Shown here: positions 30,051-47,300 of the stretch, piece by piece
Layout of the letters: every line of letters begins with the position of its first letter
Numbering within the stretch: position 1 is the first letter of the stretch
Source of the DNA: the human T2T-CHM13v2.0 reference genome, Homo sapiens
Reading direction: 5' to 3' (one strand)
NCBI RefSeq assembly: GCF_009914755.1
Contig: NC_060937.1
Length of the DNA: 64,000 nt
The notes under the pieces: model-generated
The model's input: the letters and a program-made list of their open reading frames with translations, nothing else
What the model was told of the DNA's origin: nothing
Databases searched by the model: none
Made by a program: the position numbers and the translations under genes

Positions 30051-33000
30051 TATATATTCTATACTGTACAAAAAATATCAAAGTACCCAAAGCATGTATT
30101 ATATACTGTACATAAAATAATAACGTACATCAAATATATATTTTATTCTGTACATAAAATATCAAAGTACACTAAATATATATTCTATAGTGTACATAAA
30201 ATATCAAAGTACCCAAACTATACATTATATACTGTACATAAAATATGAAATTACATCAAATATATATTATATTAGGTACATAAAATATGAAAGTACATCA
30301 AATATAAATTATATACTGTACATAAAATACCAAAGTAACCCAAATATATATTATATACTGTACATGCAATATCAAAGTTCACAAACTATATATCATATAC
30401 TGTACATAAAATATCAAAGTACCGAACGTATATATTCTATACTGTACAAAAAATATCAAAGTACCCAAAGCATGTATTATATACTGTACATAAAATATGA
30501 AATTACATCTAATATATATTTTATTCTGTACATAAAATATCAAAGTACACAAAATATATATTCTATACTGTACATAAAATATCAAAGTACCCAAACTATA
30601 CATTATATACTGTACATAAAATATGAAATTACATCAAATATATATTATATTAGGTACATAAAATATGAAAGTACATCAAATATAAATTATATACTGTACA
30701 TAAAATACCAAAGTACCCCAAATATATATTATATACTCTACATGAAATATCAAAGTTCACAAACTATATATTATATACTGTACATAAAATATCAATGTGC
30801 ACAAGGTATATATACTATACTTTACAAAAAATATCAAAGTACCCAAAGCATGTATTATATACTGTACATAAAATATGAAAGTACATCAAATATATATTTT
30901 ATTCTGTACATAAAATATCAAAGTACACCAAATATATATTCTATAGTGTACATAAAATATCAAAGTACCCAAACCATACATTATATACTGTACATAAAAT
31001 ATGAAATTACATCAAATATATATTATATTAGGTACATAAAATATGAAAGTACATCAAATATAGATTATATAGTGTACATAAAATACCAAAGTACCCCAAA
31101 GATATATTATATACTGTACATGAAATATCAAAGTTCACAAACTATATATTATATACTGTACATAAAATATCAAGGTACCCAAGGTATATATTCTATACTC
31201 TACAAAAAATATCAAAGTACCCAAAGCATGTATTATATACGGTACATAAAATATGAAAGTACATCAAATATATATTTAATTCTGCACATAAAATATCAAA
31301 GTACACCAAATATATATTCTATAGTGTACATAAAATATCAAAGTACCCAAACTATACATTATATACTGTACATAAAATATGAAATTACGTCAAATATATA
31401 TTATATTATGTACATAAAATATGAAAGTACATCAAATATAGATTATATACTGTACATAAAATACCAAAGTACACCAAACATATATTTTATACTGTACATG
31501 AAATATCAAAGTTCACAAACTATATATTATTTACTGTAGATAAAATATCAAAGTACCCAAGGTATGTATTCTATACTGTACAAAAAATATCAAAGTACCC
31601 AAAGCTTGTATTATATACTGTACATAAAATATGAAAGTACATCAAATATAGATTATATACTGTACATAAAATACCAAAGTACCCCAAGTATATATTATAT
31701 ACTGTACATGCAATATCAAAGTTCACAAACTATATATCATATACTGTACATAAAATATCAAAGTACCGAAGGTATATATTCTATAGTGTACAAAAAATAT
31801 GAAAGTACGCAAAGCATGTATTATATACTGTACATAAAATATGAAAGTACATCAAATAAATATTTTATTCTGTACATAAAATATCAAAGTACACCAAATA
31901 TATATTCTACAGTGTACATAAAATATCAAAGTACCCAAACTATACATTATATACAGTACATAAAATATGAAATTACATCAAATATATATTATAATAGGTA
32001 CATAAAATATGAAAGTACATCAAATATAAATTATATACTGTACATAAAATACCAAAGAACCCCAAATATATATTATATACTGTACATGAAATATCAAAGT
32101 TCACAAACTATATATTATATACTGTATATAAAATATCAAAGTACCCAAGGTATATATTCTATACTGTACAAAAAATATCAAAGTACCCAAAGCATGTATT
32201 ATATACTGTTCATAAAATATGAAAGTACATCAAATATATATTTTATTCTGTACATAAAATATCAAAGTACACCAAATATATATTCTATAGTGTACATTAA
32301 ATATCAAAGTACCCAAACTATACATTATATACTGTACATAAAATATGAAATTACATCAAATATATATTATATTAGGTACATAAAATATGAAAGTACATCA
32401 AATATAGATTATATACTGTACATAAAATACCAAAGTACCCCAAGTACATATTATATACTGTACATGAAATATCAAAGTTCACAAACTATATATTATATAC
32501 TGTACATAAAATATCAAAGTACCCAAGGTATATATTCTATACTGTACAAAAAATATCAAAGTACCCAAAGCAAGTATTATATACTGTACATAAAATATGA
32601 AAGTACATCAAATATATATTTTATTCTGTACATAAAGTATCAAAGTACACCAAATATATATTTTATAGTGTACATAAAATATCAAAGTACCCAAACTATA
32701 CATTATATACTGTACATAAAATATGAACTTACATCAAATATATATTATATTAGGTACTTAAAATATGAAAGTACATCAAATATAAATTATATACTGTACA
32801 TGAAATACCAAAGTACCCCAAATATATATTATATACTGTACATGCAATATCAAAGTTCACAAACTATATATCATATACTGTACATAAAATATCAAAGTAC
32901 CGAAGGTATATATTCTATAGTGTACAAAAAATATGAAAGTACGCAAAGCATGTATTATATACTGTACATAAAATATGAAAGTACATCAAATATATATTTT

Positions 33001-35776
33001 ATTCTGTACATAAAACATCAAAGTACACCAAATATATATTCTATAGTGTACATTAAATATCAAAGTACCCAAGCTATACATTATATACTGTACATAAAAT
33101 ATGAAATTACATCAAATATATATTATATTAGGTACATAAAATATGAAAGTACATCAAATATATATTATATACTGTACATAAAATACCAAAGTACCCCAAA
33201 TTCATATTATATACTGTACATGAAATATCAAAGTTCACAAACTATATATTATATACTGTACATAAAATATCAAAGTACCCAAGGTATATATTCTATACTG
33301 TACAAAAAATATCAAAGTACCCAAAGCATGTATTATATACTGTACATAAAATATGAAAGTACATCAAATATATATTTTATTCTGTACATAAAATATCAAA
33401 GTACACCAAATATATATTCTATAGTGTACATAAAATATCAAAGTACCCAAACTATACATTATATACTGTACATGAAATATGAAATTACATCAAATATATA
33501 TTATATTAGGTACATAAAATATGAAAGTACATCAAATATAAATTATATACTGTACATAAAATACCAAAGTACCCCAAATATATATTACATACTGTACATG
33601 AAATAGCAAAGTTCACAAACTATATATTTTATACTGTACATAAAATATCAAAGTACCAAAGGTATATATTCTATACTGTACAAAAAATATAAAAGTACCC
33701 AAAACATGTATCATATACTGTACATAAAATATGAAAGTACATCAAATATATATTTTATTCTGTACATAAAATATCAAAGTACACCAAATATATATTCTAT
33801 AGTGTACATAAAATATCAAAGTACCCAAACTATACATTTTATACTGTACATAAAATATGAAATTATATCAAATATATATTACATTAGGTACATAAAATAT
33901 GAAAGTACATCAAATATAGATTATATACTGTACATAAAATATCAAAGTACCCCAAATATATATTATATACTGTACATGAAATATCAAAGTTCACAAACTA
34001 TATATTATATACTGTACATAAAATATCAAAGTACCCAAGGTATATATTCTGTACTGTACAAAAAATATCAAAGTACCCAAAGCATGTATTATATACTGTA
34101 CATAAAATATGAAAGTACATCAAATAAATGTTTTATTCTGTACATAAAATATCAAAGTACACCAAATATATATTCTACAGTGTACATAAAATATCAAAGT
34201 ACCCAAACTATACATTATAAACTGTACATAAAATATGAAATTACATCAATATATACTATATTATGTACATAAAATATGAAAGTACATCAAATATAGATTA
34301 TATACTGTACATAAAATACCAAAGTACACCAAATATATATTTTATACTGTACATGCAATATCAAAGTTCACAAACTATATATTATATACTGTACATAAAA
34401 TATCAAAGTACCGAAGCTATATATTCTATACTGTACAAAAAATATCAAAGTACCCAAAGCATGTATTATATACTGTACATAAAATATGAAAGTACATCAA
34501 ATATATATTTTATTCTGTACATAAAATATCAAAGTACACCAAATATATATTCTATAGTGTACATAAAATATCAAAGTACCCAAACTATACATTATATACT
34601 GTACATAAAATATGAAATTACATCAAATATATATTATATTAGGTACATAAAATATCAAAGTACATCAAATATAGATTATATACTGTACATAAAATACCAA
34701 AGTACCCCAAATACATATTATATACTGTACATTAAATATCAAAGTTCACAAACTATATATTATATACTGTACATAAAATACCAAAGTACCCAAGGTATAT
34801 ATTCTATACTGTGCAAAAAATATCAAAGTACCCAAAGCAAGTATTATATACTGTACATAAAATATGAAAGTATATCAAATATATATTTTATTCTGTACAT
34901 AAAATATCAAAGTACACCAAATATATATTCTATAGTGTACATAAAATATCAAAATACCCAAACTATACATTATATACTGTACATAAAATATGAAATTACA
35001 TCAAATATATATTATATTAGGTACATAAAATATGAAAGTACATCAAATATAAATTATATACTGTACATAAAATACCAAAGTACCCCAAATATATATTATA
35101 TACTGTACATGCAATATCAAAGTTCACAAACTATATATCATATACTGTACATAAAATATCAAAGTACCGAAGGTATATATTCTATACTGTACAAAAAATA
35201 TCAAAGTACCCAAAGCATGTATTATATACTGTACATAAAATATGAAAGTACATCAAATATATATTTTATTCTGTACATAAAATATCAAAGTACACCAAAT
35301 ATATATTCTATAGTGTACATAAAATATCAAAGTACCCAAACTATACATTATATACTGTACATAAAATATGAAATTACATCAAATATATATTACCTTAGGT
35401 ACATAAAATATGAAAGTACATCAAATATAGATTATATACTGTACATAAAATATCAAAGTATCCCAAATATATATTATATACTGTACATGAAATATCAAAG
35501 TTCACAAACTATATGTTATATACTGTACATGAAATATGAAAGTACCCAATGTATATATTCTATATTGTACAAAAAATATCAAAGTACCCAAAGCATGTAT
35601 TATATACTGAACATAAAATATGAAAGTACATCAAATATATATTTTATTCTGTACATAAAATATCAAAGTACACTAAATATATATTCTATAGTGTACATAA
35701 AATATCAAATTACGCAAACTATACATTATATACTGTACATAAAATATGAAATTACATCAAATATATATTATATTAG
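27210..35776 (+). repeat. Copy 1 of an 8,567-bp tandem duplication (24 HORs, three of them 5-mers)
   Basis: ORFs repeat at +8567 (27364/35931, 27616/36183, 28426/36993, 30190/38757, 31564/40131, 33706/42273, 34263/42830). 8567 = 204 x 42 - 1. Confidence 0.93.
27418..27627 (+). repeat. Truncated 5-mer HOR (210 bp); also 29896-30105, 31618-31827, 35985-36194, 38463-38672, 40185-40394
   Basis: Monomer 9 is followed by the ATAGATT monomer 5; four monomers are missing. Always preceded by TGTAGAT and GGTATGTATTC. Confidence 0.9.
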
Positions 35777-38700
35777 GTACATAAAATATGAAAGTACATC
35801 AAATATAGATTATATACTGTACATAAAATACCAAAGTACACCAAATATATATTTTATACTGTACATGAAATATCAAAGTTCACAAACTATGTATTATATA
35901 CTGTAGATAAAATATCAAAGTACCCAAGGTATGTATTCTATACTCTACAAAAAATATCAAAGTACCCAAAGCATGTATTATATACTGTACATACAATATG
36001 AAAGTACATCAAATATAGATTATATACTGTACATAAAATACCAAAGAACCGCAAATATATATTATATACTGTACATGAAATATCAAAGTTCACAAACTAT
36101 ATATTATATACTGTATATAAAATAACAATGTGCCCAAGGTATATATTCTATACTGTACAAAAAATATCAAAGTACCCAAAGCATGTATTATATACTGTAC
36201 ATAAAATATGAAAGTACATCAAATATATATTTTATTCTGTACATAAAATATCAAAGTACACCAAATATATATTCTATAGTGTACATAAAATATCAAAGTA
36301 CCCAAACGATACATTATATACTGTACATAAAATATGAAATTACATCAATTATATATTATATTAGGTACATAAAATATGAAAGTACATCAAATATAGATTG
36401 TATACTGTGCATAAAATACCAAAGTACCCCAAATACATATTATATACTGTACATGAAATATGAAAGTTCACAAACTATATATTATATACTGTACATAAAA
36501 TATCAAAGTACCCAAGGTATATATTCTATACTGTACAAAAAATAACAAAGTACCCAAAGCATGTATTATATACTGTACATAAAATATGAAAGTACATCAA
36601 ATAAATATTTTATCCTGTACATAAAATATCAAAGTACACCAAATATATATTCTATAGTGTACATAAAATATCAAAGTACCCAAACTATACATTATAAACT
36701 GTACATAAAATATGAAATTACATCAAATATATACTATATTATGTACATAAAATATGAAAGTACATCAAATATAGATTATGTACTGTACATGAAATACCAA
36801 AGTACCCCAAATAAATATTTTATACAGAACATGCAATATCAAAGTTCACAAACTATATATTATATACTGTACATAAAATATCAAAGTACCCAAGGTATAT
36901 ATTCTATACTGTACAAAAAATATCAAAGTACCCAAAGCATGTATTATATACTGTACATAAAATAAGAAAGTACATCAAATATATATTTTATTTTGTACAT
37001 AAAATATCAAAGTACACCAAATATATATTCTATAGTGTACATAAAATATCAAAGTACCCAAACTATACATTATATACTGTACATAAAATATGAAATTACA
37101 TCAAATATATATTATATTAGGTACATAAAATATGAAAGTACATCAAATATAAATTATATACAGTACATAAAATACCAAAGTACCACAAATATATATTATA
37201 TACTCTACATGCAATATCAAAGTTCACAAACTATATATCATATACTGTACATAAAATATCAAAGTACCGAAGGTATATATTCTCTACTGTACAAAAAATA
37301 TCAAAGTACGCAAAGCATGTATTATATACTGTACATAAAATATGAAAGTACATCAAATATATATTTTATTCTGTACATAAAATATCAAAGTACACCAAAT
37401 ATATATTCTATAGTGTACATAAAATATCAAAGTACCCAAACTATACATTATATACTGTACATAAAATATGAAACTACATCAAATATATATTATAATAGGT
37501 ACATAAAATATGAAAGTACATCAAATATAAATTATATACTGTACATAAAATACCAAAGAACACCAAATATATATTATATACTGTACATGAAATATCAAAG
37601 TTCACAAACTATATATTATATACTGTATATAAAATATCAAAGTACCCAAGGTATATATTCTGTACTGTATAAAAAATATCAAAGTACCCAAAGCATGTAT
37701 TATATACTGTTCATAAAATATGAAAGTTCATCAAATATATATTTTATTCTGTACATAAAATATCAAAGTACACCAAATATATATTCTATAGTGTACATAA
37801 AATATCAAAGTACCCAAACCATACATTATATACTGTACATAAAATATGAAATTACATCAAATATATATTATATTAGGTACATAAAATATGAAAGTACATC
37901 AAATATAGATTATATAGTGTACATAAAATACCAAAGTACACCAAATATATATTTTATACTGTACATGAAATATCAAAGTTCACAAACTATATATCATATA
38001 CTGTACATAAAATATCAAGATACCCAAGGTATATATTCTATACTCTACAAAAAATATCAAAGTACCCAAAGCATGTATTATATACGGTACATAAAATATG
38101 AAAGTACATCTAATATATATTTAATTCTGTACATAAAATATCAAAGTACACCAAATATATATTCTATAGTGTACATAAAATATCAAAGTACCCAAACTAT
38201 ACATTATATACTGTACATAAAATATGAAATTACGTCAAATATATATTATATTATGTACATAAAATATGAAAGTACATCAAATATAGATTATATACTGTAC
38301 ATAAAATACCAAAGTACACCAAATATATATTTTATACTGTACATGAAATATCAAAGTTCACAAACTATGTATTATATACTGTAGATAAAACATCAAAGTA
38401 CCCAAGGTATGTATTCTATACTGTACAAAAAATATCAAAGTACCCAAAGCATGTATTATATACTGTACATACAATATGAAAGTACATCAAATATAGATTA
38501 TATACTGTACATAAAATACCAAAGAACCGCAAATACAAATTATATACTGTACATGAAATATCAAAGTTCACAAACTATATATTATATACTGTACATGAAA
38601 TATCAAATTACCCAAGGTATATATTCTATACTGTACAAAAAATATCAAAGTACCCAAAGCATGTATTATATACTGTACATAAAATAATAACGTACATCAA

Positions 38701-41700
38701 ATATATATTTTATTCTGTACATAAAATATCAAAGTACACTAAATATATATTCTATAGTGTACATAAAATATCAAAGTACCCAAACTATACATTATATACT
38801 GTACATAAAATATGAAATTACATCAAATATATATTATATTAGGTACATAAAATATGAAAGTACATCAAATATAAATTATATACTGTACATAAAATACCAA
38901 AGTAACCCAAATATATATTATATACTGTACATGCAATATCAAAGTTCACAAACTATATATCATATACTGTACATAAAATATCAAAGTACCGAACGTATAT
39001 ATTCTATACTGTACAAAAAATATCAAAGTACCCAAAGCATGTATTATATACTGTACATAAAATATGAAATTACATCTAATATATATTTTATTCTGTACAT
39101 AAAATATCAAAGTACACAAAATATATATTCTATACTGTACATAAAATATCAAAGTACCCAAACTATACATTATATACTGTACATAAAATATGAAATTACA
39201 TCAAATATATATTATATTAGGTACATAAAATATGAAAGTACATCAAATATAAATTATATACTGTACATAAAATACCAAAGTACCCCAAATATATATTATA
39301 TACTCTACATGAAATATCAAAGTTCACAAACTATATATTATATACTGTACATAAAATATCAATGTGCACAAGGTATATATTCTATACTTTACAAAAAATA
39401 TCAAAGTACCCAAAGCATGTATTATATACTGTACATAAAATATGAAAGTACATCAAATATATATTTTATTCTGTACATAAAATATCAAAGTACACCAAAT
39501 ATATATTCTATAGTGTACATAAAATATCAAAGTACCCAAACCATACATTATATACTGTACATAAAATATGAAATTACATCAAATATATATTATATTAGGT
39601 ACATAAAATATGAAAGTACATCAAATATAGATTATATAGTGTACATAAAATACCAAAGTACCCCAAAGATATATTATATACTGTACATGAAATATCAAAG
39701 TTCACAAACTATATATTATATACTGTACATAAAATATCAAGGTACCCAAGGTATATATTCTATACTCTACAAAAAATATCAAAGTACCCAAAGCATGTAT
39801 TATATACGGTACATAAAATATGAAAGTACATCAAATATATATTTAATTCTGCACATAAAATATCAAAGTACACCAAATATATATTCTATAGTGTACATAA
39901 AATATCAAAGTACCCAAACTATACATTATATACTGTACATAAAATATGAAATTACGTCAAATATATATTATATTATGTACATAAAATATGAAAGTACATC
40001 AAATATAGATTATATACTGTACATAAAATACCAAAGTACACCAAACATATATTTTATACTGTACATGAAATATCAAAGTTCACAAACTATATATTATTTA
40101 CTGTAGATAAAATATCAAAGTACCCAAGGTATGTATTCTATACTGTACAAAAAATATCAAAGTACCCAAAGCTTGTATTATATACTGTACATAAAATATG
40201 AAAGTACATCAAATATAGATTATATACTGTACATAAAATACCAAAGTACCCCAAGTATATATTATATACTGTACATGCAATATCAAAGTTCACAAACTAT
40301 ATATCATATACTGTACATAAAATATCAAAGTACCGAAGGTATATATTCTATAGTGTACAAAAAATATGAAAGTACGCAAAGCATGTATTATATACTGTAC
40401 ATAAAATATGAAAGTACATCAAATAAATATTTTATTCTGTACATAAAATATCAAAGTACACCAAATATATATTCTACAGTGTACATAAAATATCAAAGTA
40501 CCCAAACTATACATTATATACAGTACATAAAATATGAAATTACATCAAATATATATTATAATAGGTACATAAAATATGAAAGTACATCAAATATAAATTA
40601 TATACTGTACATAAAATACCAAAGAACCCCAAATATATATTATATACTGTACATGAAATATCAAAGTTCACAAACTATATATTATATACTGTATATAAAA
40701 TATCAAAGTACCCAAGGTATATATTCTATACTGTACAAAAAATATCAAAGTACCCAAAGCATGTATTATATACTGTTCATAAAATATGAAAGTACATCAA
40801 ATATATATTTTATTCTGTACATAAAATATCAAAGTACACCAAATATATATTCTATAGTGTACATTAAATATCAAAGTACCCAAACTATACATTATATACT
40901 GTACATAAAATATGAAATTACATCAAATATATATTATATTAGGTACATAAAATATGAAAGTACATCAAATATAGATTATATACTGTACATAAAATACCAA
41001 AGTACCCCAAGTACATATTATATACTGTACATGAAATATCAAAGTTCACAAACTATATATTATATACTGTACATAAAATATCAAAGTACCCAAGGTATAT
41101 ATTCTATACTGTACAAAAAATATCAAAGTACCCAAAGCAAGTATTATATACTGTACATAAAATATGAAAGTACATCAAATATATATTTTATTCTGTACAT
41201 AAAGTATCAAAGTACACCAAATATATATTTTATAGTGTACATAAAATATCAAAGTACCCAAACTATACATTATATACTGTACATAAAATATGAACTTACA
41301 TCAAATATATATTATATTAGGTACTTAAAATATGAAAGTACATCAAATATAAATTATATACTGTACATGAAATACCAAAGTACCCCAAATATATATTATA
41401 TACTGTACATGCAATATCAAAGTTCACAAACTATATATCATATACTGTACATAAAATATCAAAGTACCGAAGGTATATATTCTATAGTGTACAAAAAATA
41501 TGAAAGTACGCAAAGCATGTATTATATACTGTACATAAAATATGAAAGTACATCAAATATATATTTTATTCTGTACATAAAACATCAAAGTACACCAAAT
41601 ATATATTCTATAGTGTACATTAAATATCAAAGTACCCAAGCTATACATTATATACTGTACATAAAATATGAAATTACATCAAATATATATTATATTAGGT

Positions 41701-44343
41701 ACATAAAATATGAAAGTACATCAAATATATATTATATACTGTACATAAAATACCAAAGTACCCCAAATTCATATTATATACTGTACATGAAATATCAAAG
41801 TTCACAAACTATATATTATATACTGTACATAAAATATCAAAGTACCCAAGGTATATATTCTATACTGTACAAAAAATATCAAAGTACCCAAAGCATGTAT
41901 TATATACTGTACATAAAATATGAAAGTACATCAAATATATATTTTATTCTGTACATAAAATATCAAAGTACACCAAATATATATTCTATAGTGTACATAA
42001 AATATCAAAGTACCCAAACTATACATTATATACTGTACATGAAATATGAAATTACATCAAATATATATTATATTAGGTACATAAAATATGAAAGTACATC
42101 AAATATAAATTATATACTGTACATAAAATACCAAAGTACCCCAAATATATATTACATACTGTACATGAAATAGCAAAGTTCACAAACTATATATTTTATA
42201 CTGTACATAAAATATCAAAGTACCAAAGGTATATATTCTATACTGTACAAAAAATATAAAAGTACCCAAAACATGTATCATATACTGTACATAAAATATG
42301 AAAGTACATCAAATATATATTTTATTCTGTACATAAAATATCAAAGTACACCAAATATATATTCTATAGTGTACATAAAATATCAAAGTACCCAAACTAT
42401 ACATTTTATACTGTACATAAAATATGAAATTATATCAAATATATATTACATTAGGTACATAAAATATGAAAGTACATCAAATATAGATTATATACTGTAC
42501 ATAAAATATCAAAGTACCCCAAATATATATTATATACTGTACATGAAATATCAAAGTTCACAAACTATATATTATATACTGTACATAAAATATCAAAGTA
42601 CCCAAGGTATATATTCTGTACTGTACAAAAAATATCAAAGTACCCAAAGCATGTATTATATACTGTACATAAAATATGAAAGTACATCAAATAAATGTTT
42701 TATTCTGTACATAAAATATCAAAGTACACCAAATATATATTCTACAGTGTACATAAAATATCAAAGTACCCAAACTATACATTATAAACTGTACATAAAA
42801 TATGAAATTACATCAATATATACTATATTATGTACATAAAATATGAAAGTACATCAAATATAGATTATATACTGTACATAAAATACCAAAGTACACCAAA
42901 TATATATTTTATACTGTACATGCAATATCAAAGTTCACAAACTATATATTATATACTGTACATAAAATATCAAAGTACCGAAGCTATATATTCTATACTG
43001 TACAAAAAATATCAAAGTACCCAAAGCATGTATTATATACTGTACATAAAATATGAAAGTACATCAAATATATATTTTATTCTGTACATAAAATATCAAA
43101 GTACACCAAATATATATTCTATAGTGTACATAAAATATCAAAGTACCCAAACTATACATTATATACTGTACATAAAATATGAAATTACATCAAATATATA
43201 TTATATTAGGTACATAAAATATCAAAGTACATCAAATATAGATTATATACTGTACATAAAATACCAAAGTACCCCAAATACATATTATATACTGTACATT
43301 AAATATCAAAGTTCACAAACTATATATTATATACTGTACATAAAATACCAAAGTACCCAAGGTATATATTCTATACTGTGCAAAAAATATCAAAGTACCC
43401 AAAGCAAGTATTATATACTGTACATAAAATATGAAAGTATATCAAATATATATTTTATTCTGTACATAAAATATCAAAGTACACCAAATATATATTCTAT
43501 AGTGTACATAAAATATCAAAATACCCAAACTATACATTATATACTGTACATAAAATATGAAATTACATCAAATATATATTATATTAGGTACATAAAATAT
43601 GAAAGTACATCAAATATAAATTATATACTGTACATAAAATACCAAAGTACCCCAAATATATATTATATACTGTACATGCAATATCAAAGTTCACAAACTA
43701 TATATCATATACTGTACATAAAATATCAAAGTACCGAAGGTATATATTCTATACTGTACAAAAAATATCAAAGTACCCAAAGCATGTATTATATACTGTA
43801 CATAAAATATGAAAGTACATCAAATATATATTTTATTCTGTACATAAAATATCAAAGTACACCAAATATATATTCTATAGTGTACATAAAATATCAAAGT
43901 ACCCAAACTATACATTATATACTGTACATAAAATATGAAATTACATCAAATATATATTACCTTAGGTACATAAAATATGAAAGTACATCAAATATAGATT
44001 ATATACTGTACATAAAATATCAAAGTATCCCAAATATATATTATATACTGTACATGAAATATCAAAGTTCACAAACTATATGTTATATACTGTACATGAA
44101 ATATGAAAGTACCCAATGTATATATTCTATATTGTACAAAAAATATCAAAGTACCCAAAGCATGTATTATATACTGAACATAAAATATGAAAGTACATCA
44201 AATATATATTTTATTCTGTACATAAAATATCAAAGTACACTAAATATATATTCTATAGTGTACATAAAATATCAAATTACGCAAACTATACATTATATAC
44301 TGTACATAAAATATGAAATTACATCAAATATATATTATATTAG
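35777..44343 (+). repeat. Copy 2 of the 8,567-bp tandem duplication
   Basis: Directly abuts copy 1. Junction lies within 35777-35839 (flanking mismatches 27209/35776 and 35840/44407). Differences noticed: 28096 T vs 36663 A, and 30814 A vs 39381 T. Confidence 0.93.
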
Positions 44344-47300
44344 GTACATAAAATATGAAAGTACATCAAATATAGATTATATACTGTACATAAAATACCA
44401 AAGTACCGCAAATATATATTATATACTGTACATGAAATATCAAAGTTCACAAACTATATATTATATACTGTACATAAAATATCAAAGTACCCAAGGTATA
44501 TATTCTATACTCTACAAAAAATATCAAAGTACCCAAAGCGTGTATTATATACGGTACATAAAATATGAATGTACATCAAATATATATTTTATTCTGTACA
44601 TAAAATATCAAAGTACACTAAATATATATTCTATAGTGTACATAAAATATCAAAGTACCCAAACTATACATTATATACTGTACATAAAATGTGAAATTAC
44701 ATCAAATATATATTATATTAGGTACATAAAATATGAAAGTACATCAAATATAGATTATATACTGTACATAAAATACCAAAGTACCCCAAATACATATTAT
44801 ATACTGTACATGAAATATCAAAGTTCACAAACTATATATTATATACTGTACATAAAATATCAAAGTACCCAAGGTATATATTCTATACTGTGCAAAAAAT
44901 ATCAAAGTACCCAAAGCATGTATTATATACTGTACATAAAATATGAAAGTACATCAAATATATATTTTATTCTGTACATAAAATATCAAAGTACACTAAA
45001 TATATATTCTATAGTGTACATAAAATATCAAAGTACCCAAACTATACATTATATACTGTACATAAAATGTGAAATTACATCAAATATATATTATATTAGG
45101 TACATAAAATATGAAAGTACATCAAATATAGAGTATATACTGTACATAAAATACCAAAGTACCCCAAATACATATTATATACTGTACATGAAATATCAAA
45201 GTTCACAAACTATATATTATATACAGTACATAAAATATCAAAGTACCCAAGGTATATATTCTATACTGTACAAAAAATATCAAAGTACCCCAAGCAAGTA
45301 TTATATACTGTACATAAAATATGAAAGTACATCAAATATATATTTTATTCTGTCCATAAAGTATCAAAGTACACCAAATATATATTCTATAGTGTACATA
45401 AAATATCAAAGTACCCAAACTATACATTATATACTGTACATAAAATATGAAATTACATCAAATATATATTATATTAGGTACTTAAAATATGAAAGTACAT
45501 CAAATATAAATTATATACTGTACATAAAATACCAAAGTACCCCAAATATATATTATATACTGTACATGCAATATCAAAGTTCACAAACTATTTATCATAT
45601 ACTGTACATAAAATATCAAAGTACCGAAGGTATATATTCTATAGTGTACAAAAAATATGAAAGTACGCAAAGTATGTATTATACACTGTACATAAAATAT
45701 GAAAGTACATCAAATATATATTTTATTCTGTACATAAAATATCAAAGTACACCAAATATATATTCTATAGTGTACATAAAATATCAAAGTACCCAAACTA
45801 TACATTATATACAGTACATAAAATATGAAATTACATCAAATATATATTATAATAGGTACATAAAATATGAAAGTACATCAAATATAAATTATATACTGTA
45901 CATAAAATACCACAGAACCCCAAATATATATTATATACTGTACATGAAATATCAAAGTTCACAAACTATATATTATATACTGTATATAAAATATCAAAGT
46001 ACCCAAGGTATATATTCTATACTGTACAAAAAATATCAAAGTACCCAAAGCATGTATTATATACTGTTCATAAAATATGAAAGTACATCAAATATATATT
46101 TTATTCTGTACATAAAATATCAAAGTACAGCAAATATATATTCTATAGTGTACATTAAATATCAAAGTACCCAAACTATACATTATATACTGTACATAAA
46201 ATATGAAATTACATCAAATATATATTATATTAGGTACATAAAATATGAAAGTACATCAAATATAGATTATATACTGTACATAAAATACCAAAGTACCCCA
46301 AGTACATATTATATACTGTACATGAAATATCAAACTTCACAAACTATATATTATATACTGTACATAAAATATCAAAGTACCCAAGGTATATATTCTATAC
46401 TGTACAAAAAATATCAAAGTACCCAAAGCAAGTATTATATACTGTACATAAAATATTAAAGTACATCAAATATATATTTTATTCTGTACATAAAGTATCA
46501 AAGTACACCAAATATATATTCTATAGTGTACATAAAATATCAAAGTACCCAAACTATACATTATATACTGTACATAAAATATGAAATTACATCAAATATA
46601 TATTATATTAGGTACTTAAAATATGAAAGTACATCAAATATAAATTATATACTGTACATAAAATACCAAAGTACCCCAAATATATATTATATACTGTACA
46701 TGCAATATCAAAGTTCACAAACTATATATCATATACTGTACATAAAATAGCAAAGTACCGAAAGTATATATTCTATAGTGTACAAAAAATATGAAAGTAC
46801 GCAAAGCATGTATTATATACTGTACATAAAATATTAAAGTACATCAAATATATATTTTATTCTGTACATAAAACATCAAAGTACACCAAATATATATTCT
46901 ATAGTGTACATAAAATATCAAAGTACCAAACTATACGTTATATACAGTACATAAAATATGAAATTACATCAAATATATATTATAATAGGTACATAAAATA
47001 TGAAAGTACATCAAATATACATTATATACTGTACATAAAATACCAAAGAACCCCAAATATATATTATATACTGTACATGAAATATCAAAGTTCACAAACT
47101 ATATATTATATACTGTATATAAAATATCAAAGTACCCAAGGTATATATTCTATACTGTACAAAAAATATCAAAGTACCCAAAGCATGTATTATATACTGT
47201 TCATAAAATATGAAAGTACATAAAATATATATTTTATTCTGTACATAAAATATCAAAGTACACCAAATATATATTCTATAGTGTACATAAAATATCAAAC

